NCBI GenBank assembly: GCA_026770705.1
Contig: JANJGN010000036.1
Location: forward strand, 2,976,001-3,040,000
Reading direction: 5' to 3'
Source of the DNA: Isurus oxyrinchus
Taxonomy: Eukaryota
Length of the DNA stretch: 64,000 nucleotides
The stretch's first letter is position 1. Every line of letters begins with the position of its first letter. A program made the position numbers and the translations under genes. This document shows positions 48,536 to 62,099 of the stretch, piece after piece. The notes under the pieces were generated by a model, which worked only from the letters and a program-made list of their open reading frames with translations, did no database searches and was not told the origin of the DNA.

Positions 48536-51500
48536 ATGTATGAAGCATTTTTCAGTACGGCTAAAATTGTCTTCATTGGCATCTCCATTATTGGTGTTCC
48601 TGGTAAGTGCCTACAGACATTGGAATTGTGCAAATATGTGTGCGAAATGGTTTATTCTGAAGTTCTCCACAATTTTATTCCAGTGTCTCAACTGATAAAT
48701 ATCCCTCTGCATGTAAATCAAAGAGTTGCTGAATTCTAAAGTCATCGCTTTAATTGACTGTTTGGTGCTGCTGAATCCAATCTCAGGGCACTCAGAAAGC
48801 TGAGAGTATATATGTGTGGAAGTTAGTGTCAAATCAAGCTTTTGTGAGTTACTAATTGGAGCGGAATGCCTGACCCCAGTAGCCATGCATTGCTAAACTA
48901 CCTGTCACTGTAAAATTATACTGAGTGTGGGTCACTAATTGGAATAGAATACCTGATACCAATGGGCATGTATTATTGGAAGTACCTATCATTGCTGAAA
49001 TATAATGGATATAGTTACTAATTGGATTGTACCAGCCAATTCTGCTTTGTAATAATTTTTCAGGTGATTGATCCAGCTAAAACGCAGAGCTGCCTCCGTA
49101 TTTTTTGAATATAAACCGTGGAAAATAGGAACACCACAGGTTAAAAACATTGTTACTGCATTCAAAGACCCTAAATAAAGACATATTCTTAGGCTAGATT
49201 GAATTGCTCTGAACACTTTCGATTACTCGCAGTAGATAATAAGTGTTGAATTATTTTATATTGTTACAAACGGATGAGTAATGCATCCTTGACTATCTCA
49301 CTTCTGTGACATATAAACGTTTGGCAAAGTAGTGCTCATCTGCGATTAAAATTCTCGCCATCTGCATGGTGAGATCTGTCTCTACGAGGAGATAGAGGTA
49401 TAACTGAGAAATAGACATTTCCACTTTTTGTTTTCAAGGTATCATTCCGGAGGCAGTAAATAGTAACTAAGTAAATCTGTTAATTATGAAATAATTGTGC
49501 ATTGCTTCAACAAAAAAAAATCTGCATCAATGTTTGCAGGCTTACGTAAGAATTTGTGATTGTGAAGATTTATACTAAGGTTGCACAGAATTGCAAGACA
49601 TTTACAGGACCCAAACTGGCCACTCAACCATTGCTTGTTGCTATGCTTCGTTCAATCCCTGCCCATCTCACTCGATCAGCATACCCTTATATCCTTTCTG
49701 CCTCGTACATTTAGCCATCTTGATAAATTTCACTCACCTCAACTACCATATATAGCTACAAGTTACAAATTCTCACCAAAATCTCAGTAAAGGCATCTCT
49801 GCTGAAATCCTGCTTTGTCGAATTGGTGACGATGCTTTATTGGCGAATTCCAGATCTGAGCTCCCTCAGACGTATAGATATTGTCTCCGTGTCACCTCTC
49901 TGAAACCAATTTCTTATACCGAGTGTATCTATTATGTTACTGCTCAGTCTTCCTTATTGAGAAAAAAAGAGCCAGGACGCATTCAATTCTTTCTCATTGG
50001 TAAAATCTCTCAGTTCTGCTCTTGTTCTCGAAAAAAAACTATAGTTACACTTCTGCAGTTCTTCAGTATCCACTTTGTACTATGAGGAGCAGAACTGCGC
50101 ACACTTCTCTCAGTATGATGTAATCAAGGAAAGGTAAAAGGTTAATCTATTATCTCCGCTTTTACTTAACTTGTACTAGAAGTAAGCCCTATTGTTTCGT
50201 TCGCATTCGCATGTCCTTGGTGTCCTTCGTTGCTAATTTAAATCATTTCCACTCTGTACTCGCTGAAATCTTAGCACCTTTATTACGTTATCAATGATCT
50301 CTCTGCAATAATTTTCTTGGAGTTTTTGATGAACTTATTCAATTACTAATACACTGTTAGTCCTTCCATCTTAAATCTCTGTCCCTTCTTGCACCTCGAC
50401 ATAATACCTGTTGGCTAATTTTGCTCCCACTGTTGCCAGCATGCGTGGTTTTCTTCCGCCTGAGATCGCTGATGGCCTCCAGGTTTCCCTTAATATTTCT
50501 GAGAATGCCGCTCTCGAGTCCAAATTCACACAAACAAAAGCTCCCCCTAAGCTCACAACAAACGATATCTTTCCTGACCCGCTGAATTAGCTATTTGGCC
50601 AGACAATTTCCACCCGCTGTGGGTACAATTCGAAGGCCACATTTGGAATGTGTTCCATTGGCTTCATTCCCACAGGAAACCTGCTCTCCCCCATTGGCTC
50701 TAAATTGCTTAGATTTCCTTCTGCGCAACGTTTTACAAAACTGATGACTGTAGTGGTGTCAATTCATATATTTTTTTTCATATGAACTGAAAAAGAAAAC
50801 AACATTCCTTCTTATTCCAACTCTTCCTTACCTGCATATGATCCATCACTGCCTCTTCACTTGTCTTCTTCAGTATCTCTATTTCCATTTTGAAGGATAG
50901 GTTACTCCTAATATCAACTATAAGGCCATCGATTTCCACAGATACCTTGGCTATACGTCACAATCATCACTTCCTGTAAATATTCTGCTCCATTCTTCCA
51001 GTGATTTTTTTTACCCATATATTTGCATCCATTCACACGATAGCAACTTCCAGACCCAATTACGCAAATTATATATTTTCTTCAGAAGAGTAGTCCCTCC
51101 CTTCATTATTATCAGAACATATACGTTCCATTCATCATGAAACTCTATCACTCTCTCTCCTTCATGTGAGAACCATAAAAGTGCCCCACCCACACCCTTG
51201 TTCTTCCTTCTAGTCCAGTGAACTTCACAATCAATGTCTCATCTACTGCGATGCCCACCATATTGAACTGATGCCAACACAAGACACACCTTCCTGGATA
51301 ACTCTCCCCGTGCAGCATTATGATTCACTCTTTCATCACCCCCAACTTTCTGTTTCTACCTCTGCAGGATACGCAAATCCTGCCCTTGCGCTCATTTCCT
51401 TCCAACTATACAGTGACACAAACAGTGATAAAACTGCGATACATTTGTGCCCATTCATTTTAGTTATTATACTTACTGCTCAGGATGCAACCTCCTGTAC

Positions 51501-54500
51501 CTTAGGTTTGGCAAAATCCAGCCTTAGGCATTGTTTTCCTGAACGCCCCTTTCCACCTATAAACACGATCCTGTGCTCCTGGTCACTTAGAGCTTTAGTG
51601 TACATTCTGCTTCCACCGTGGACTCTCTCTCTATTGCTCCCTCGGTCTCGCCGGCCTCCTGAAGTTTTCCTTGTTTGAGCTCAATGAGGAGCAGCATGGA
51701 ATCCTTCCAATTGGTAGTTTATTGTCTTATGGAATCAGCATTGTTATTCAAAAGAATCCGATTATGACCACAACTCCATTTGTTTTCGATTGCATGATCT
51801 GGTAATGGAAGATAACGAGATGGGAGCCATTTGGAGGGGAGGAGCTGGAGATTGTTCCTTGAGTTAACGACCCCATTTCTGTGCACGCTCAATGGTTCTA
51901 TAGACATCCCTGTTGCATAACTTGTATTTCTGTTTTTCCCCCCTCTATTGAGTAGTCTCTTCCACTGTGATTGTTAGGACATGTACGTTGGCTAACTGCT
52001 ATCACTCTCTCTCCTTCCTATCCAAGATCCCTGCGGCCTTCTCCACTTGCTCAGATTTGCCCGGGGCACCTTTGCGCTCTGTTATTCGGCTGAACCCAGT
52101 AACCTGCTGTGGCCCATTCTTTTGCTTACTTAGTTGTCCCGTTTGACTTGCACCATCATCCGTTATGTCACTGGCAACCTCCTGTCGCCAGGTGACTACG
52201 AGCTACCCCATAGATTCTTTCTTAGCCCGAGAGCCTCACTTTGCCTAAGATCTGTAGTTACTTTAAAACAGTTCATCGCTTACATTTTCAGTTCAAGTAA
52301 AAATAAATGTTATTCGATTGTCCAGCTGACAGGAAACAAAGACTCTGGATGAAGAGAGAATTTTCAATTTGGAAAGCTGTAAGTAGTGTATTGATGGATA
52401 GCTCAGTGCTCGTGCTTGATCTATTTACATTCTATATTACTGACTTGGATGAAACAGCACATTATATTGTAACCAAATATGCTGATCATGTAGTAATACT
52501 GAGTAAATTCAGGAATGAGGAGGACACAAAGAGGTTGCAAAAGTACATGGATAGTTTAAGTCATTGGACAAAAAAGTCCAAGATGGATATAATTTTGGAC
52601 AACCTAAGATGGTCCATTTTGGAAGGGTTATTAATAATAGAAAAATATTATTTGATGGAGGCAGACTGCAGAATCTGCAGAACTGGGGTGCTTGGGCGCG
52701 CTCTTGTTCATGAATCACAGCTAGGGCAAGGAATTAGGAAGCACAATTTAATTTTTGCCTTTATTTGAAGGCAGGGAACACAAAGGCAGGGAAGCCTTGT
52801 TACAGCTGGACAGACCATTGGCAAGACAGCACCTGGGGTACAGTTTATGCTTTGTGTCTCCTGACTTAATGAGGGATATAGTTGCATTTGAAGCAATTAG
52901 ATTGGGTCAGGTAGGCGGTCCTGTTGGGTGGCTATGTGAATTTGAGCAGAGAATTTGGAATTTTGGAGCTTTGTTGTTTTTTTGCATACGCTGTGCAGTT
53001 TCACCACTTTCGTCTTGAAGGTTTCCCAGCATTGATGTCAATTCCCTTGCGGATGGGGAGAATCCAAGAGCAGAACGCAGGGCCAGGTAGGTTTAATTCT
53101 GGATCCTTGGAAATAATCTTAGCCAATCCGGGTATAATCCGACTGGAAATTATGTGGCCAAAATCCCACGGGGCATTGGAAGCAGGAGTAATTTTTCAGA
53201 GCCCGGTGGGTGGGTTTGGGGGGGCGGGGGGGGTGGTGGGGCGTGGTGGGCGCGGGTCGCTATGTGGAGGTGGATCAATTGCCAATTCTCCTGGCCTGAA
53301 AGTTGTGCTGGTAAAACAATTACCTTCCCTCTGAAGACTACATTCAGAGATTCGCATTCCCGAGGCCTGATAATCTTTGGCGGCCGATATTAAACCCGGA
53401 AATTTGAGTCTGTGTGATCCATTAAAATATTTAACACCCCGAACTGCATCTTGGGGGATGTTTGCTGATCGCCGCATCTTTTGCAGCTTTTAAACCTGGC
53501 AGTTGCCGTCTTGGAGATAGATTAATATCATTGTTGAGCTTCTTTCAAATCTGAGCCACTCAACCCTTGACTGTTGGGGCTAATAGGCTGATCATGCTAC
53601 ATGGTGAAGGCGCAGAAATTGTATTGTCACCCATAACCAATGTCTCTTCCTTTCTCTCTCTTGCAGTTAATTCAGTGGCAATTGTGATCCTATCCCGCGG
53701 AAAGTGTGGACTCTCCACCTGCACCACTCGCTACCTGGTGGCCATGGCAGTGGCGGATCTGGTGGTCATTATCACAGCGGACATATTGTTCCACATCGGC
53801 TGCTACTATTTTGCAAACTCTTACCTAAACGTCACCCCAGTGTGTACTGTTATCCTTGTCCTTACTAGTGCAGCCACAGACTGTTCTGTCTGGTTCACCG
53901 TCACTTTCACTTTTGATCGATTTGTGGCTATTTGTTGCCAGAACCTGAAAACAAAATATTGCACAGAAAGAACGGCCACAGTGGTTGTAACAACGGTGTG
54001 CATTCTGCTCTGTTTTAAAAATGTTCCATTCTACTTTGTATATGAGCCTGGAGAGATCATCGACAACGTGCACTGGTTCTGCAAAAGAAAGCCGAACTAT
54101 TTCACTGAGCCCGAATGGGTGGTATTTGACTGGTTTGATACAATTTTAATCCCATTGCTCCCGTTCACGTTAATTTTGTTGCTTAACGCTCTGACAGTCA
54201 GATACATTTTAGTGAGCAGTAAGGTCCGCAAGGGACTAAGGGGTCAGAGCAAAGGAGGGAATTCCATTGACCCTGAGATGGAGAATAGAAGGAAGTCTAT
54301 GATTTTGCTCTTCACAATTTCTGGCAGCTTCATACTTCTGTGGTTGACGTTTGTAATGGAATTCTTGTATTACAGCATCACAGGAACAGATCCCGGCAGT
54401 TACACCACTTCTGAATTTGTTTTTCAACAGGTCGGGATTATGTTGGCGAATTTAAGTTGTTGCACCAACACGTTTATTTATGGACTGACTCAGTCCAAGT

Positions 54501-54577
54501 TCAGGACGCAGTTCAAAAGTGCGATGCAATATCCAGTTGCATCATTTCTTCAATTAATTAATAAACTGAAGATTTGA
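48536..54577 (+). CDS. Intact two-exon class A orphan GPCR, GPR139/GPR142-like, 325 aa
   Basis: Exon 1 is 48536-48602 (MYEAFFSTAKIVFIGISIIGVP G|gtaag); exon 2 is 53667-54577 (ttgcag acceptor). Seven hydrophobic segments; LVAMAVAD, FTFDRF (DRY variant), TNTFIY (NPxxY variant). Confidence 0.9.
48845..49035. repeat. 83-bp tandem repeat, about 2.3 diverged copies, GPCR intron
   Basis: ACTAATTGG at 48851, 48934 and 49017. Confidence 0.65.
50700..51600 (+). mobile_element. Degraded Penelope-like element
   Basis: tgctcaggatgcaacctcctgtaccttagg = CSGCNLLYLG…LRHCFPE, a GIY-YIG core remnant. Confidence 0.5.
52320..52900 (+). mobile_element. CR1 RT fragment
   Basis: WKAVSS…LFTFYITDLDE…KYADH…RLQKYMDSLSHW in ORF 52307-52768. 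Confidence 0.8.
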
Positions 54578-55864
54578 GAACAGCCAAGGAGGGGCCCGAG
54601 CGTTTCCAATCCATGGATGCAATATTTAATATTTAATTGCATCCAAGCATGCAATATTTAATTCCATCTTTCCATCAACTGTATGTCACAAATAATCGTA
54701 GGTGAACAGAGAAAACACAAAGTTGGGAAGGTGGGGCGAGGTTTGGTGGTGATCGACGGGGTGACCTGCGGTGGTCAGCGGTTGGACTTGGTGGTCAGCC
54801 CTTGCGCTGAGGATACGGGTCTCTTCCTGAACGGCAAAGATCACGGCATTCGGGAAGAGGTAACCTGTGGAGGATGGGAGGAGTAAAAACCGCTGAAGAG
54901 AGGAGAATGAGAGGAAAGGAGTGGCTGGTCGCTGCAGCGCCGTAGGTATACTGGCAGCAGGTTTTGTACAGGCCAAAAACAGTGAAGCAAAAAGAATATT
55001 TGACCTTTGGAGGAAGGAAGTAAATTAGCAGGAGGAGTCAGACACGCCAAAGATAATTGGACCCTGGGAAAGTGGTGCCATTAGTAAGGCTGGAAATAAA
55101 TGAGAACGAAGAGTTAGTAACGGGAAAGGGCAGTGGACCAAATGCCAGAGCTGACACCCGGAGGATCGGATGTGAAGAGCAACAAGAGAGTCACATCAGA
55201 TTTCGCTGGCTAGGAGGCCGAACAGCAGCCACAGTTCCTCCTTTGGTTGCACTGTTTCGATTCTGATATGTTAACACCTGCCCAGACAGAAATTAAAACT
55301 TGGTGCTGCAAAACATAACTGGATGTCTTGTGGCACTTGACCATGATTATAATCATTATTATTGCTATTATTATGTTTTTTGGAGAAATCGTTTGCATCT
55401 CTTTTTCCTTCACTCCCTCTGCCGAGTCGATGTTGTCTGAAACTCTCTCTCCTCGTGGCAAATAGTGAAACTGGGGGACCCATTTCTGCAAAGCATCAAC
55501 TGAGGCTCTCAGGTGGAGAGACGGAAACTAATGCGAGGGCACGGGACTGGCTTTGGCGCCAGAACCAATAAACCCAATGGCCCAGCTTCATAATTCCTCT
55601 GACGAGTGGAACCGAGTCCGTTCCTGGCTCCCATGTTTGTTAATATTGCTAACGGCTTTCTCTATTGCGTTTTCTCTCCTCCGTTACCCGCTAAAACATC
55701 CGTCATAAACCCACTCCTCAAAAATAGAACCCTTGACCATTTGCAAACTGCTACCATATCGCCAAACTCCATTTCGTCTCAAAAGATCTTCAAAGTGTTG
55801 TTTGGCTGCCAAATACGTTCCCATCGTTCCTGGGACTCCAAAGCTCATGTGCTGCGCCTTTCAT

Positions 55865-56035
55865 TCATGGGATCATTCTCCTGAACCTCCTCTGGACCCT
55901 CTCCAGGGCCAGTATATCCTTCCTGAGATACGGGGCCAAATGTTGCTCACAATATTCTAAATGTGGTCTGACCAGAGCCTTATACAGCCTCAACCGCACA
56001 TTCCTGCTTTTATATTCTAGTCCTCTCGAAATAAA
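55865..56035 (-). mobile_element. CR1 ORF2 fragment
   Basis: GFISRGLEYKSR…LYKALVRPHLEYC…ALERVQRRFRRMIP. Confidence 0.9.
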
Positions 56036-59000
56036 GCCAACTCTCCCTCTCTCTCTCACACACACACACGCACGCACAGACACTCTCTCTCACAAACACA
56101 CGTATACACAAGTAGATAATGAGACTATAGGAAAGAGGAGTTTTACAACTAAGTATATTTTTTTAAAAAAGCACATATGTTGACACTAGTTCACAAGATG
56201 TGCAAAGTCCAGAAAGTCAGAGCCCACTGAAGGTTCCTTCACCGGGGACTTACATTTAGACAAGTTCAGCTGGCTGAAACAAGAGTTCTTTTTCTTTTTT
56301 TATATTTATTCACGGGATGTGGGCTTTACTGGCCCATCCCTAGTAGCCCTTGAGAGGGTGGTGGTGAGCTGCCTCCTTGAACAGCTGCAGTTCAAGTGAA
56401 CTGCCGTAGTGCTGGTAGTTGCAGGATTCCTTTAAAGTTGATGGTGACAAAACTGAGATTAGGCTGATGTGCAGCGGCTGGGTCTGTTCAGCAGGCGATG
56501 GCAGGAACCTTCCAGAGAAACAGACCTCGAGGAAGGTTAGACATAATGCAGTCTGTTAGTCAGTCTGGAGCCCCGCTCTGGTGTTTGAAGGCTGGAGGTT
56601 AAACCGAAGGCTATACTGTGAGTTTAGAAAAATAGCATTTAAAATTTCCAAAGGCCAGAATTAAAGTTGCTCATTTATGAATCAGTTGCATGGTTACAAG
56701 CAATTTACCAGCCTCTTTCAAGGACCCTTTTTCACCTAAAGAGATAGGCGGTGGCAATAGAACCTCTGCAGCCAAAACTTGTTTCGATGGCTCTCCCTTT
56801 GTTATAGGACCAGGCTGGGGAGCCAGGTTGTCTGCTCGTCCCTGGTTTCCTTAATTGTAAAATGTCCTCGCAATGAGTGGCGTGAGATTCCAGAGGGGTG
56901 AGGTTTGTGATTTTGCACTTTAATTGCTGTTGGAAATTTCCTGAAACTGTCGCCAACTTGTGAATCATGTGACCTGCAGCCGCCATACCCATGTGCAACA
57001 GGCGCACTTCTTAAATAAGCAAAGGCATGAGGATTGATTAAACAGTTTATGTTCTGTTTCATGTCTCAGGGACATGTAAATTCCTAACAGAAAACACACC
57101 GCCGAGTTAGAAGACTGCAAGTAAACAACTCCGTGATCTGCAGAGGGCCCATTTGACAGAACATTGCAACAACTCTCGCATTCGACTTTGGCTATTGAAT
57201 CAACCTAATTATACATCAGCAGTGAAAATAAAAAATCTGCTTCAGCAGACCTGCACCGTTTTACACTTCATATATTTTTAACTACAGCGAATGATATTGA
57301 GGATCCGAATGCGATTAATCACCTCACAGATGTAGATTTAAAATATTCTGTGTCACACCAAAGAATGAGGTTAATGAACATTTTTCTTTAAAAACTATCC
57401 TGGGTGGAAACCTGCCTTCTGTGTGTTGTTTAACACGGGGTTCATCCTCTTGACCTTTGCAGAAATGTGTGCAATCGCCTTCGGTGCAATAAACAGGAAA
57501 ACCACAGAAAGCTCAAAAGAACATGGGCCACCAAAATCGGCACGTCCTTGTGCTTTTCACATTGATTTGAAGCCTACTCGAACAGAGTTGCTGTGTGAAG
57601 GCCACAGTAACAGCCGGGTTCATCGCCAGCCAATGTGCTTCACTGCTGCCCACATGTTGTTTCTCTCCCCGTTTCATTGTCTGATTCACACCATTGTCAT
57701 TCAAAGTCAAAATTAATAACAGAAGTTCAGTGAGGTACAAAACTGACTACTCAATTCAACATCAATTCTGCCAGCAATTAATTATAAGAGGAGCTTATGT
57801 TTAAAATTGAGGTAACTCTATTTTCTCCTAGTTTCACTCTGCTTTATTTATCTGAGATGATAAACATTTGCAGTAGTTACATAGGCGCCTGCAATAGAAG
57901 AAGGTCATTTGCCCCAACCGGCCACTAACGGGGTTTATGCAGCGCCAGGCCTCCTGCCACATATTCTATCTAATAACAGCAACATATATTTCTTTGCATA
58001 TCCAGCTTCCCTGCAAAGCACCAGTGTTGTTGACCTCAAATATCCCATGTAGTTGTGAGTTCCACATGGTAAGTAACATCTCTGAAAACTAATGTCTTAA
58101 TTATTCCCATGGCAATTATATACTTACCCTTCCAACCTTCCACCCATCCTTCCATTATTCCATTCTTCCATAATTCCTTCCATTCATCTATCCGTACATC
58201 TATCTGTCCATTTATCCATCTACCTATATATTTATTCACGTATTGATTTAACTATTCATTTTGTTTTAGTCAGACCATTCATGGGTATAGAACAAAAGTG
58301 GTTAAATGTTACATTTGTACAAATCAGGTATGATCAAAATGAATCATTAAAGAGACTCAATGGGCCCTAACGTTCCCATTCCCCTGTTGTCGGTAAAGTA
58401 CGTGGATTAACTGTTAAAAAGGCAAATGTTTGACTGATATCAGGAGGTTCAGCGCACAGGCACCTATGCATGCACACACACAAATCTACATTTGCATTTC
58501 TCCTCTTTGGTGAGGTGAAGGGGTTACTGTTGGTCCTGTATGGAATCTGTTGTAGTCACTTAAAAAGCTAGCGTAATGAGTTGCAAGCGGGTAACCTTCC
58601 CGGTGGTTAAATCGATTCCAGTTTTTATTCAGCATTAGACTTGTGACATGTGCCTCCAATAATCCTTAGTGAAAAGTGAAACGTTTTTATTACAGTGGGA
58701 TAACCTGATGTCTATTCCGATATGTTTATATTCATCCAACACAGAAAATGCAAGAGACCATTGATTTGGTCAGAATCTAATATGCAACTCAATGATCCAT
58801 TAATCAGCACATCAAGTCTCAAAGCACCTATTTTAATAAAGTGTATGAAATGGAATGCTTCCCTAAAAGTATCGCTTCACCTCATCCGCAGAGGGTTTGA
58901 TGTTTGCTCTTAGATTTATGTAATCTTAAAGAGAAGCGAGAATTGTGTGACCCCTGCAAATCATTAACATCACCAGTGGATATCCACAGTCACAGATGAT

Positions 59001-59677
59001 GTGCTTTGCTTTGCAAAATTAAAAAGTACAGAAACAGACTCTTGCAACGACTGGCATTTATACCCCACTCAAGCCTCCACTCAACTTTCTTTATTTAAAC
59101 AATTCAGCTTGTTATCTATTGCATTTTCCATCATATGAGGCTAACCCTCAATGCCTCCATTCTATTCGCGTCAAATGCTCCATGTGGTAACAAATTTCTC
59201 ATATTAAGCAATTGTTAACAAATAATTATATATCCAATTCCCCACCGGATTTCATAGTAAATATTATTCATTTTAGTCTTGTCCTCAAATGAAAATATCT
59301 ATTCTACATCTAACTTACAAAACTCTTTCCCAACCATAAGCATCTCTATCGGGTCACACATCAGTCGACCTGTTCCAGAGAAAGAGTCCCAGCCAGTTCA
59401 ACATTTACCTGATCGGCTTTACCCCGTTATTCTAGTCAAGCTGTCAGTCCTAAGCCTTACCTTTGAACAGCGAGCAATAAATCTCTAATTGTGCAGAGTT
59501 AGATGATGTAAGAGGCACATCGAGAGCATCTGGATTTAACTTTCAAGTAACTTGAGCAACAAACGTCAAGCCTTTCAAAACCTATTTTATTAAATTTGTA
59601 GCTTGTGCTCAGAAGTATTTTGAATGTTGTTGGAAATGAACATTGCTTAATGGGCAGAAAACACATATAAAATAACT

Positions 59678-59745
59678 ATATATGTATATATATATATATA
59701 TGCATATGAATATATATATATGCATATATATATATATATATATAT
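59678..59745. repeat. (TA)n microsatellite
   Basis: Direct reading. Confidence 0.9.
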
Positions 59746-60039
59746 GGAATAGCCCTGACAAACCTGAATGCATTATCCACCCACAATTCCTCTTGCAAAT
59801 GTAGCGTTGAGCAGCCTTTTGAATAGCTGTTGTGTGCGTGTCCTTGGCAAAAGTGCTGTTGTGTAATAGTTAGGGCATAGTGCGGATGATTGTTCAAACG
59901 AAGGATAGCGGAGCCCATCAGCCATAATGGCTCAGGTGGGGGCAGGGGGTGTGGTGGTGGTAAGGATTTCATGTTAAGATTCCTGTTTTTAACGTCCTTA
60001 TGGTCTAAGCCCTAAATATGTAAGTAAGCACCTGATGAA

Positions 60040-61830
60040 GCTGCAACACAAAACTGGATGTATCCTAAACACTGGAATGAGCATATGTAGCAGAGCTAAG
60101 TAACCCCACAACAAATGGGTGAAATCAAAATTTTGCAGCCCTGACACATCATGCCATCAATGAAGTTGGATAATTAAACCAAACCGAGAACAGGAGCCTC
60201 CACGTAGATTCCCATTGGTATTAATATGAGAACTCAGCACATAAGTGCAATGTTTGTAACCGTCTTCAGCTTGAGGTGCTGAGAGAAACATACATGTCAG
60301 TGTGAAGCTCAAGCCACAAGCCTCATAGATGCCATTGTCCAGTCAATTCTACTAATTCCACGTTATATCAAGAACAGGCTGAGCGCAATGAATACAGCAA
60401 AGGCGTTAGTTCCTGACAACATGCCGCCTGTACTACTGAACTCTTGTGTTTCCAGTCTAGTCACACCCCTAGCAAACCGGTTCCAAAACAGCTACACACA
60501 TGCATCTCACCGACAATGTGAACGCGTGCACGGCTATGTTCTGTCCACAAAAATCAGGGCAAATTGGAAATTGCCGCCCTACCATCCCACTCTCAACGAG
60601 CAGCAAAGTGATAGACTTTCTTTTAGAGAGTGCAATCCAGCGGCACTTACTCATCAATGACCTGCTCACTGATGCTCCGAACGGGCACCTCTCAGGCCAC
60701 TCTGCCCCAAACAATTGCTCATACCAAACTTGGATAACAAAAGCGATTTCCAGTGTCGAGGTGGGAGCGCAGCATTTGATCGAATGTTGCATAAAGGGGC
60801 AAAAGTAAAATTGTAGTCGATGAAAATCATGCGGAAAAAAATCTCCACTGACTTGATTCATACCAAGCACAATGAGCTATGGTGTTTGTTGTTGTTGGCC
60901 AATCAGCTATTCCCAATACATAATTGCAGGTCTTCATCAGGGCAATGTCCTGGGCCCATCTACATGTGCCAACCTAATCCCCATCACTAGGGCAGAAGTA
61001 TGGGTTTGGCTGAATATTACATTACATTCTGTGTAATTGATAACTCTGGATATCATTAAACATTCTGTGCCCGCATTCAGGCTTATATTAATTAGTAGTA
61101 ATTGAAGTTGACATTGACAAGACAGCAATGCAATGAAGATCGCAAACATAGAACATTTGGCCATCGTTTCTTTGCATTCAGATGCATTTCTGATGCTTAG
61201 TATTACACGATTGGCATCCTGGATGTTTCCATTCGCCAAGGACTTAACTAGACCAGGGGCTTAAATGCCCTGTCATATTGTCTGGATAAGTACGGCTGTA
61301 AAAGCAACATGCCCAGTGCCATCAATAGAAAGTAAAGAGTTTGATTGCCATGTCACCTAACATTTTAAATGTTCACCTGCTCCACCACATGTGCATACAG
61401 ACAATTACGTCTACAAGGTACGCTGTAGGGTCTCGTCTAGTTTTCCTGAGAGAAATTTCCAAACTCACAATTGCTACTGACCAGAAGGAGAAGGGGGCAC
61501 AACCATTTGCATGGCACACCCCAATCCCCCACTCTGCATCCCCCCCGCCTGCATCCCCACACCCCACCAGAAAGACAAGAGCAGCAGATGCATAGGAAGA
61601 TCTGCAAGTTCCACTCCAAGTCACACACCATCCTGACTTGAAATCTTTTCGTCGATTCGTCATTGTCGCTGGGTCAAAAACGTGGCACTCCCTAAGAGCA
61701 GTGTTGGTGAGACCACACCACATGGACTGCACCGGTTAATGGAGGCATCTTGCCTCCACCTTCTCAAATGGGAGCAAGGGGTCGGCGATATATTCTGCCA
61801 TAGCCAATGACCCTCACATCCCGGGTATGA
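60040..61830 (+). mobile_element. Degraded L2/CR1-clade LINE with 3' end
   Basis: NTAKALVPDNMPPVLL…; GNCRPTIPLS; 3' tail shared with about 3560-3820 and 63860-63980. Confidence 0.65.
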
Positions 61831-62099
61831 AGAAATAATATTTAATCGAGTCCTGCTTTGGTCAAACGGATGAATGTTAGATTCTTACAAACTTTTCACT
61901 CACTGTCCCCCAGTTTCAGTGCTCTAAAGGGATTCCTCATAACAGGTCATCACATAGTTCCTCTGTCCAGCATGTACTGAATTCCCCCTGAGAAATATTT
62001 TCAATTAAATCCTAAAGCGGTTCTTCCGGAAAACCGGTAATATTCCTCTGGGAATGACGACCGTCAGGAACCTTTATTTCTGAGGTTAATAACAGGTTA

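Noticed and set aside
53567-53666. ORF-track N-terminus of the GPCR
   Set aside because: Intronic; a polypyrimidine tract and AG at 53666 plus a proper exon 1 at 48536 explain it.
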